Positions 30,578 through 40,006 of a stretch of DNA of 64,000 nt are shown one piece after another (the first letter of the stretch is position 1; every line of letters begins with the position of its first letter). The notes beneath the pieces were generated by a model. The model worked only from the letters and a program-made list of their open reading frames with translations. It ran no database searches and was not told the DNA's origin. The stretch spans positions 62,001-126,000 of the forward strand of contig JAANOX010000243.1 in the NCBI GenBank assembly GCA_020184695.1. The letters run 5' to 3'. The position numbers were made by a program, and so were the translations under genes. This DNA is from Histomonas meleagridis 2922-C6/04-290x (lineage: Eukaryota; Protista; Parabasalia).

Positions 30578-31306
30578 ATGTCAGAGGATGGGAAAACAAA
30601 ATATACTGTACAAAGAAGAAGAATTGCATGGTCAATAATGTCACACTCAAGAATAATGCTAAAAATTAGCATACATCCTCATATATCAACAGCTTTTTTA
30701 ATGCTTCACAAATATTATCAAAGATACCCTAATACAGAATACGGACTTTTAACTTTAATTACTTCTTCGATTTTCGTGTCATGTAAATCACACGAAGATC
30801 CACATTCTATGCAAAGTATTTACTCAGCTTTACTTTATTGCAGTAGAAATCTTTCAAAGAAATCAACACCAGAATTTATTTCAGCCATTTTAGAAACAAA
30901 CAATCTTGATGAAAAGAAAATTCCTGATGTTGAGGTTGATCAAATTAATAAATGTGAACTTGATCTTCTTGAATCACTTGATTTCAAACTCGACTATAAG
31001 CTTCCATTTGATTACGTTGATCAATACGTTAGACCTTATCTTTCTAAGCTTGACCTGGAAATACAAAAAAATCTTCAAAACAAATTGCCATGTAATCTTT
31101 GTGTTATCTTATGTTCAGAACGTTGCATAAATTATCCAGCGGAAATCATGGCGGTGGCAGCCACTATTAATTCATTTGAAAATATCCCATTTCCAGAAGA
31201 GATTTTCCAATGGATTTCGTTCGAAAGAGAAAAATTTGGCGCATCTGAAATTGATAATGTTTGTTTGCTTTTGAGGGAAGAACTGGATGCAATTGCATCC
31301 AAATGA
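30578..31306 (+). CDS. Cyclin-fold protein (transcriptional cyclin K/L/T-like)
   Basis: ISTAFLMLHKYY, LITSSIFVSCKSHE, CELDLLESLDFKLDYKLPFDYV cyclin-box motifs. Confidence 0.75.
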   Translation: MSEDGKTKYTVQRRRIAWSIMSHSRIMLKISIHPHISTAFLMLHKYYQRYPNTEYGLLTLITSSIFVSCKSHEDPHSMQSIYSALLYCSRNLSKKSTPEFISAILETNNLDEKKIPDVEVDQINKCELDLLESLDFKLDYKLPFDYVDQYVRPYLSKLDLEIQKNLQNKLPCNLCVILCSERCINYPAEIMAVAATINSFENIPFPEEIFQWISFEREKFGASEIDNVCLLLREELDAIASK

Positions 31307-31514
31307 TATAGATTTATAAATAATTTTTTGTAAATATTTTTTTTTCATGTTTTTATTCTCAAATGATAATTAACATTCAATTTGCGAATGAATTTTTTCT
31401 TTTCATTCCAATGTATTTTTGAATTTGTTTACAATGATACCATGAATGTGTTATATTCATTTAACCTAATAAATTATCAGAACACGAGGAGTAATAATAA
31501 TGCTTGAAAGAAAA

Positions 31515-33360
31515 AAGCACGTTTACAATTTTCAATTGAAATTAATTCACATACGATGTTAATTTTTTAAGGGAAGAAAGACAGAATGGAAAAATTACGA
31601 AATATAGGGAATTCACCATTAGTCCCAATTCCATTTCCAGATGGACGAAATATTACATTACAAGAGGTTAATCAATTTTTACGAGGAAGAAGTCCATTTT
31701 TACCCACAGTTATTTTTTTATTTCGTCAAACAGTTGAATTTCCTAATCCATGTCCTATTGAGTATAAAATTATTTATCTTCCTAAAGGACGTCTTCCAGA
31801 TGGTATTGAGTTTTCATTATTTAAACGTTTTATATCAGAAAGTTTAGATAAGTCACCTACACAATTTATTGGAGTTTGTACACGTCGAAACAGTGATTTA
31901 TGTTATTATTTTATTATTCGATGGTTAATTGAAGAACTTTCATATTCTCTTTCAGAAAGTCTTTCAGTTATTCAAGAATATTATTCTCAAGGTATTACTA
32001 AAACTAAATATCTTCAATCATTAAAAGATATTTATTTAGATATTACAGAAGATGGACGACTAATGAATAAAATTGTTAATAAATCAAATAAATCAAATAA
32101 TAATAACAAAAACAAAACGATTTTATCACGTAATAATAATAACAATGAAATTATAAATATTGAAATAACGAAAGAAATAATTGAAGGAGAAGAAGAAGGT
32201 AAAACAAATTATAAAGAAGAAAAACAAGATGAAACAGTATTCTATAATATTGGCCGAAATGTTGATTATCGAAACAAAGAAAACATCCGTAATTCATTAC
32301 GAATATTATTAGAAGTTCCAGAAGAAAGTATTATATTTTCACGATATTATCAATTTAATTCACGTATTGTTAATCATATTAATAATGATATTACACATCA
32401 TTATATTTGCATGCCAGAGCCACCTGGCAAACGATGTTTATTATTTCTTCGGGGTCCAGAACGCTATTTAATCAGTGACAATGATAATTTTTACACGTGA
32501 AGTTAATATTTATTTACCTGAAAATAATAATCGCACACAATGTTTAACATCTACTATATTAGAAGGTATATTAACATATTCACCAACTAATACACGACAT
32601 AAATATTATTATATTACTGATATTTATCGATATGAAGGCGAAGATTTACAACATAAAACGTATGATTCACGAATGGGTTATGCGTTTAAAGTTATTCAAT
32701 CACGGAAACATCAAGAACGACATAAATTATTTGTTGAAGAATTTCAAAATGATGACTTTAGTATTGAATTACGTCCATATTTACGTTTGAAATATCTTGA
32801 TACATTACTTAATAATCCACATCAATTTTTACCTATTGACCCCATTGGAATTGTATTTTGTAATAAAGATATAAATAATGAGAAATATACTAAATTTTAT
32901 ATTTGGACAGAACATTCACAAGATCCGATTACAGTTCAAATTACTAATGATTATACACATAACGAAAGTTTTGGTAGTGTAGTTTCAGGTTCAGAGATGA
33001 CACCGATTTTTAGTTTTGGACGAATTACTGAAACATTAGAAAAATACGATGGACAATTTGTTGATGTTGAAATGACTGATGTTAAACAGCGAACATGGCG
33101 CGTTTGCGGCTTATCAGAAGAATATACCGCGACGACACTCCGAAACTTTCAACGAATTTTACAACGCGCACAAGGCACATTATATAGCAAAGAAGACTTA
33201 CAACGAGATATTCAACAAAACGATTCAACTTCCTCAATATGTTGATGAAGAACGTGCGATTCAATCACGAAAAAAATAAATGTTATTTTATTAATAAATT
33301 TCTTTTATATGTTCTTTTTATTTTATTATGTAAATTTATGAAATTTTATATTTGAAAATA
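31515..33360 (+). repeat. Left arm of a ~1.85 kb inverted segmental duplication
   Basis: Reverse complement of 34352-36205; identity begins at AAGCACGTTTAC and ends at TTTGAAAATA. Confidence 0.95.
31586..33279 (+). CDS. mRNA capping enzyme (RNGTT-type triphosphatase + guanylyltransferase + OB fold) paralogue, copy 1; two +1 frameshifts
   Basis: ORFs 31586-32500, 32475-33245 and the tail to 33279 join if T5 at ~32490 and A4 at ~33218 are each shortened by one, as in copy 2 (~563 aa); motifs IGVCTRRNSD, PEPPGKRCLL, ILEGIL, YYITDI, PIGIVF. Confidence 0.75.
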
Positions 33361-33463
33361 AATTCAAATACTATATTTCTTTGAATATTTTTCAATAACT
33401 CAAACTTGGAAATTTTCTTATGATTTTTCAAATTGTTGATATTTTTTTTATTAATTTTTTCTT

Positions 33464-33990
33464 TTAAATCATTTTTAATGTATTCCATTTAGAAAATGTT
33501 TGAGTTGGAAAAAAAGATTCATTATACGTTTCTTTGGTGATATTTAATTCACCAAATGTTTCACTTGAATATGCTTCTGATACCATAACATTTGTAGCTA
33601 AAGCATCAGTAAAGCAATCATGCCCAAATAATGGAGAAGATATATAGATATATATATAGATATATATATATTTAGTGAAGCACAATAAGAAAATATATGA
33701 TTTTCAATGGTTATCACATTTGCTCCAGTGATAAGGCTTTATAATTGTTTTCATATTAAAAATGCATTTGATTCCAATTATGCAATTTGGAATTATGAAA
33801 CTTGCGAGTGAACATGAAACAAATGTAGCATAGCAACGAACTTTTCATTATATTTACATTATTTTTTAATGAAATTGTTAATAAGTTGATTGAAATGCAA
33901 ATGATTCAATTGATGTGTCTGAATTTGGAACTTTGAATGTGTTATTAGTATTTCCATTCATAAAAAACATCATATTATTAATAAGATAAT
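33464..33990 (-). pseudogene. Decayed BspA fragment in the spacer of the inverted duplication
   Basis: Reverse strand reads TFKVPNSDTSIESFAF, SFIIPN, GANVITIENHIFSYCASL, FGHDCF...SETFGELN...PTQTFS, collinear with the 43815 gene, with stops and frameshifts. Confidence 0.8.
33640..33670. repeat. (AT)n microsatellite with G interruptions
   Basis: ATATATAGATATATATATAGATATATATATA. Confidence 0.8.
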
Positions 33991-34351
33991 TGTTATTTCA
34001 TTCGAAATGATTACATCCTTTGTATCGCTTATTAATCATTTGTATTTTCATTTGATTTCTTTATATTCAATGTTGGTGTGTCATGATCAAGACATTTGAT
34101 AGCATAATTTGATAGCATGAGAAAAAAATTTTAAATGAAATATTACGAATATTTATTTTAGAATAAATTAAAATATATGATATAATAATATTTTCATTTT
34201 TTTATAGAACCAATACTTAAATATATCATTAAAAAAATCAAAATGAAGGTTTACTTGACTTATGAGAGATTTTAGATCATCATCTTCAATATAAGAATAA
34301 TTATTGCCTCAAAAAATATAAAAACCCAATAGCAAATGAGTTTATTAGATA

Positions 34352-36205
34352 TATTTTCAAATATAAAATTTCATAAATTTACATAATAAAATAAAAAGAA
34401 CATATAAAAGAAATTTATTAATAAAATAACATTTATTTTTTTCGTGATTGAATCGCACGTTCTTCATCAACATATTGAGGAAGTTGAATCGTTTGTTGAA
34501 TATCTCGTTGTAAGTCTTCTTTGCTATATAATGTGCCTTGTGCGCGTTGTAAAATTCGTTGAAAGTTTCGGAGTGTCGTCGCGGTATATTCTTCTGATAA
34601 GCCGCAAACGCGCCATGTTCGCTGTTTAACATCAGTCATTTCAACATCAACAAATTGTCCATCGTATTTTTCTCTAATGTTTCAGTAATTCGTCCAAAAC
34701 TAAAAAAATCGGTGTCATCTCTGAACCTGAAACTACACTACCAAAACTTTCGTTATGTGTATAATCATTAGTAATTTGAACTGTAATCGGATCTTGTGAA
34801 TGTTCTGTCCAAATATAAAATTTAGTATATTTCTCATTATTTATATCTTTATTACAAAATACAATTCCAATGGGGTCAATAGGTAAAAATTGATGTGGAT
34901 TATTAAGTAATGTATCAAGATATTTCAAACGTAAATATGGACGTAATTCAATACTAAAGTCATCATTTTGAAATTCTTCAACAAATAATTTATGTCGTTC
35001 TTGATGTTTCCGTGATTGAATAACTTTAAACGCATAACCCATTCGTGAATCATACGTTTTATGTTGTAAATCTTCGCCTTCATATCGATAAATATCAGTA
35101 ATATAATAATATTTATGTCGTGTATTAGTTGGTGAATATGTTAATATACCTTCTAATATAGTAGATGTTAAACATTGTGTGCGATTATTATTTTCAGGTA
35201 AATAAATATTAACTTCACGTGTAAAATTATCATTGTCACTGATTAAATAGCGTTCTGGACCCCGAAGAAATAATAAACATCGTTTGCCAGGTGGCTCTGG
35301 CATGCAAATATAATGATGTGTAATATCATTATTAATATGATTAACAATACGTGAATTAAATTGATAATATCGTGAAAATATAATACTTTCTTCTGGAACT
35401 TCTAATAATATTCGTAATGAATTACGGATGTTTTCTTTGTTTCGATAATCAACATTTCGGCCAATATTATAGAATACTGTTTCATCTTGTTTTTCTTCTT
35501 CTTTATAATTTGTTTTACCTTCTTCTTCTCCTTCAATTATTTCTTTCGTTATTTCAATATTTATAAGTTCATTGTTATTATTATTACGTGATAAAATCGT
35601 TTTTGTTTTTTTGTTATTATTATTTGATTTATTTGATTTATTAACAATTTTATTCATTAGTCGTCCATCTTCTGTAATATCTAAATAAATATCTTTTAAT
35701 GATTGAAGATATTTAGTTTTAGTAATACCTTGAGAATAATATTCTTGAATAACTGAAAGACTTTCTGAAAGAGAATATGAAAGTTCTTCAATTAACCATC
35801 GAATAATAAAATAATAACATAAATCACTGTTTCGACGTGTACAAACTCCAATAAATTGTGTAGGTGACTTATCTAAACTTTCTGATATAAAACGTTTAAA
35901 TAATGAAAACTCAATACCATCTGGAAGACGTCCTTTAGGAAGATAAATAATTTTATACTCAATAGGACATGGATTAGGAAATTCAACTGTTTGACGAAAT
36001 AAAAAAATAACTGTGGGTAAAAATGGACTTCTTCCTCGTAAAAATTGATTAACCTCTTGTAATGTAATATTTCGTCCATCTGGAAATGGAATTGGGACTA
36101 ATGGTGAATTCCCTATATTTCGTAATTTTTCCATTCTGTCTTTCTTCCCTTAAAAAATTAACATCGTATGTGAATTAATTTCAATTGAAAATTGTAAACG
36201 TGCTT
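34352..36205 (-). repeat. Right arm of the inverted segmental duplication
   Basis: Reverse complement of 31515-33360, with two in-frame 3-nt indels, an I/L substitution and four frame-changing indels between the arms. Confidence 0.95.
34433..36134 (-). CDS. mRNA capping enzyme paralogue, copy 2; frameshifted near the 3' end
   Basis: ORFs 34674-36134 and 34433-34639 join if the extra TT (34702-34708 run) and extra AG (~34672) are removed, as in copy 1 (~565 aa). Confidence 0.75.
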
Positions 36206-36474
36206 CTCATCATAAATAAAAATTAAATTTCCCAAAAAATCATATGTATCTAAATTCAAATTCGATTCTTTTTTAAATTCCAGGATAAAAAATAGTGAAC
36301 TTTCGGTAGCCACTTCAATTTATAACTTCATTCTCATTATTATTCCAAATGATTTAAAAGTTTTCAGCAAACCCACTCATCCTCCTCATGCACATCCATA
36401 ATTTTATGATTTAAACCAAATTAAAAGTAGAATGAAAATGCTATTGGTTTTATGTAAAAACATGTTATACAGCA

Positions 36475-38235
36475 CTAGAGAAACTTCACAACTTCTCTAT
36501 GCACTTCATTTCTTAACTTTGACCTTTTCCACCTTGTCAAGCTATAATTTAAGATTTTTGATATTCCGCTTATTTCACCTGCAATCATTTCAGGAGACCA
36601 ATTGTAGTACATTCCAATCTGCTCTATAAATTCAAGACAGTGTTGCATGTTCCTTAACACGTATTTGTGTAATTCTAGAACATATTTTTCAGGTTTGAAT
36701 ATTACCAAAGTTTCTGTTACGAACTCGGCAAATTCAATGGACTGCGTTATTGGCTTTTCGATTTGATTCTCGATTAGGTCTCTGAGAGATTCTGGTGATT
36801 CATCATTATTTATGTAACAAGTAACAGATGCCATAGCATCATATATTGGCCAGCAATCAATCATTCCAGCTTCGTCAATAGCATAGCTTATCTCAAGATG
36901 GCTATAGAAAGTCGGCCTAAATTTCATATGAATCATCCATGATGAGCTATGAACAAGATGTTCATTATCTGTTTTAACGGCCTCTCTTAGTATACCTAAA
37001 AGAATTTCGTAGTTATAAGGGATTCCATTTGGTGACCCAAAATCTTCGAAACTGCAAAGTCCCTCAACGATAAACTCCATAAAAACCGCTCCAAACCGCT
37101 CCTTTACGTCTGAATGTTCATTCAAAAAGTCAGAGTTATTAACGGTCGCTGCAAATACATCAAGAATTATTTGCATTATATCTGTTTTGTTGATATATTT
37201 CAATTCATTAAGCTGATGAATCAGGTCACACCCTTCGTTGAACATGTCGTCTGTCTTTAAAAGAGAAATTAGATAATCACGAGTCATTCGATTTGACCAA
37301 TATGGACAAATATATCCTGTGGTATTAAACTCATGGATAACACGATCACCGCCAACCGAAGGAAACTCAAAATGGGGGATTTGAGGAAGTAATTTTGATG
37401 TCATCCAATTTTTCTCCCTAGCTTCTAAAAGATCAAGAATTTTGAACCTAAGATGAGATGGTAATGTCCTGGGAATTGCTTTGAGCTTGTTAAAGAATTC
37501 ATTTCCCTTCGGATGATTATCAATAAGTTTTCCACAAGCAATTGCGATATTGAATACGGCCTCAAGAGAACGCACAGTTCCTAGATCAAATTGGCGCGTG
37601 AGAAAATCAAAGGTTTGATCCACAGAAGTTAATCTTAAATTACATAGAAAACCAATAAAAAGTGCTTGTCCAGGAGTGACTTCATTTTGTGGATCAAAAC
37701 AAATCTGCTTTATTTTGTCTATTAGGTCATTTGGCAAGTAGTATTTAAGATTTAATGCACATGTGAAAAAAGCATATAAAGGTGCAAAAGCCCACTGACC
37801 AAAAGCTACTTTCGTGATCGCAGAAGCGTATGTGTCCGAAAAATCATCTATCTTATAAAGCCGTGCAAATTCATCTAGAAAAAAATCAAATTTTGGGAAA
37901 GTAAGTTTGTTGAGACTTAGCGTGATTTCAGTCTTGATTGTTCGTTGTTCTGCTTCTGTTATTACTCTGCGCATTTTCGGGAAAAAGCTTTTACGATAAT
38001 TTTGGAAAGCATTTTGCATTATTTCGAATTCCTTTCCTGTAATTTTTAGATTGTGGCGAAAGCTTATAATTTCTTGAATAGAATACATTTTAGGAATTCG
38101 AAGGGTTTCAGCATTTGAAAAATTAATGAACATTGAAGTCATTTTAAGTTGGACATTTTCTGTTGTTTTAGTTGGGCACCATTCGGTGACAGGCTGTCTT
38201 GCATTTCTAGTTTGATGAGGAATGCACCGAGCCAT
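36475..38235 (-). CDS. eIF4G-like protein (MIF4G plus probable MA3-like helical domain)
   Basis: First ATG at 38235 (MARCIP), preceded by Inr-like TCATA; SLNKLTFPKF, FAPLYA, FIGFL, LRFKILDLLEAREKNW are MIF4G signatures. Confidence 0.7.
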   Translation of the reverse strand: MARCIPHQTRNARQPVTEWCPTKTTENVQLKMTSMFINFSNAETLRIPKMYSIQEIISFRHNLKITGKEFEIMQNAFQNYRKSFFPKMRRVITEAEQRTIKTEITLSLNKLTFPKFDFFLDEFARLYKIDDFSDTYASAITKVAFGQWAFAPLYAFFTCALNLKYYLPNDLIDKIKQICFDPQNEVTPGQALFIGFLCNLRLTSVDQTFDFLTRQFDLGTVRSLEAVFNIAIACGKLIDNHPKGNEFFNKLKAIPRTLPSHLRFKILDLLEAREKNWMTSKLLPQIPHFEFPSVGGDRVIHEFNTTGYICPYWSNRMTRDYLISLLKTDDMFNEGCDLIHQLNELKYINKTDIMQIILDVFAATVNNSDFLNEHSDVKERFGAVFMEFIVEGLCSFEDFGSPNGIPYNYEILLGILREAVKTDNEHLVHSSSWMIHMKFRPTFYSHLEISYAIDEAGMIDCWPIYDAMASVTCYINNDESPESLRDLIENQIEKPITQSIEFAEFVTETLVIFKPEKYVLELHKYVLRNMQHCLEFIEQIGMYYNWSPEMIAGEISGISKILNYSLTRWKRSKLRNEVHREVVKFL

Positions 38236-39067
38236 GAAAAAGTTATGATTAACTCTGCTAAGATTTTCATTCAATTTAGAAGTCAAAACCAATTCAGAAA
38301 AATTAGGATGTAAATTACAGAAATCATTTTGGCGATCGGTTTTTTCCCAGAGAAACACTTCACCTTGCAACCGTCCTTAACGTACGACTCAAGCTCTGAA
38401 ATTATTTCAATTGAATTCTCTCTTCGGTTGTGAGGACGATAAGGGAAAATATTCAAGAAGATATTGGCGTAGTTGTGGAAGCATTAATTTGATGTTTTTT
38501 AAAACAGTAAATTGAACTTCTTTTTTCGAACGAAGTAAGCTAAGAATGGATATAAAGGTCTCTGCTCAAAAAAGAGAGTCATTTATAATGGCTTGTAACA
38601 ACAGAAAAAAGCAGATGTAATTATTCCTGGATTTACACGGAAAAGTTGTGGAAAATTTTTTCTATAACAGATTTGGCGAATTTTGGATCATTTGGAGAGA
38701 AGTCGCGAATAAAATCAAGAAAATGTATAATTTTCCATTCTGATAAATCTTCGATAACTTTGGGTAAATTATCTACTGTTTTAATGTTTATAGTAATTAG
38801 CTGTGTTATCTTTGTTCAATTTATTTCTTGCATTGTGAAAATAGCATTTGGATAAAATTAAAAGATTATTCTGCAAGTTATGAAGTATAAAATCAAATTA
38901 AAACAGAATCAATGCAATTCTTGGTGGAAAATAGAGATTTATTGCCTGATTATTATACATCTGAGCATCGATTGCCACCATTAGATGATGACGATTGCTC
39001 AATAAATAATAAATAAATAAAATGAAAGTATTTTTAATAGTAAAATTATTACAATATATAAAAATTA

Positions 39068-39475
39068 TTATTCGTCGTCAGAAAAAGATGGAACTGATAA
39101 TCGTGTAAGTTGATATACAAGATCAACTAATTGATCTGTCATATATTCATACCCATAGTCTTGAGGTATTTCCATTGGTGGCGCTTCAAGTCTTGTGGGA
39201 ATGAAATTTAATTCAAATTCATATCCTTTTTCAGGTTCATATTTTTGTGTATTTTCAGGTGGTTTTCTTTTAATCTGTGATCTTGGCTTTGGTGGCATTA
39301 CTTCAATTGGTGTTAAATTTTTGCATATTTTAGTTTTGTACTTAACATTTAATTTAGGTGATACTTCATCAATAAGGAATTCTTCATCATCAACAAGTGA
39401 TTGTTCAAGTTCTTTCAGGTGTTCTTCAATAAATTTTGTACTGAACTCTATTGGCTGATCAGAAGGTTGTTCCAT
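39068..39475 (-). CDS. Hypothetical acidic/proline-rich 135-aa protein
   Basis: ATG-started ORF with protein-like composition; TCACA Inr-like elements upstream; no family recognised. Confidence 0.6.
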   Translation of the reverse strand: MEQPSDQPIEFSTKFIEEHLKELEQSLVDDEEFLIDEVSPKLNVKYKTKICKNLTPIEVMPPKPRSQIKRKPPENTQKYEPEKGYEFELNFIPTRLEAPPMEIPQDYGYEYMTDQLVDLVYQLTRLSVPSFSDDE

Positions 39476-40006
39476 TTAACTCATTTCATAAACGTACGAT
39501 GTGAAATGTGATATGAATAAGTTAATGATGCAACAAAATATGAAAACATATCATGTATAATCTGATTTAATAAATTAAAATCAAAAATTTCCATAGGCTT
39601 TGTCTGGGAGTTTTTGTTATACAAACAAATTATTCATTGATTCGATTTCTTATAATCTCGGTAGCAATGCAGCTTGTAGCTCTGCTTGTCTTTTCATGTC
39701 TTCAATAATATTTTCCAAGCGGACTTGCACTGATTTAATCCACGTTGGATTACAAAAGACATTTTTCTTCTTATCAATTTGTTGTAGCACTTATGTATGC
39801 ATCTCAATATGGTCCTACAGAAATAGTTAAATTACAAAAAACAAGGTGTTCATGAAAATATATCAAATAATTCAGACTTTCCCAAAATAAATTACACTAT
39901 AAAAAGTAATGCCGATAGGATTGACATCATTAGAAAAAGTGATAAAAAATAATAACTTTTTCAAGCAATTTGGTATCATACAGTAAACCTTTCAATTTTT
40001 ACAATA

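Noticed and set aside
31515-36205. Inverted arms as terminal inverted repeats of a transposon (Maverick, MULE, foldback)
   Set aside because: No target-site duplication, integrase or transposase is present, and the arms consist of a host gene; kept as a segmental duplication.
38546-39010. Protein-like frame with scattered stops (MDIKVSAQ...LPPLDDDD)
   Set aside because: About 7 stops in ~155 codons is not far enough from AT-rich random expectation, and no family is recognisable.
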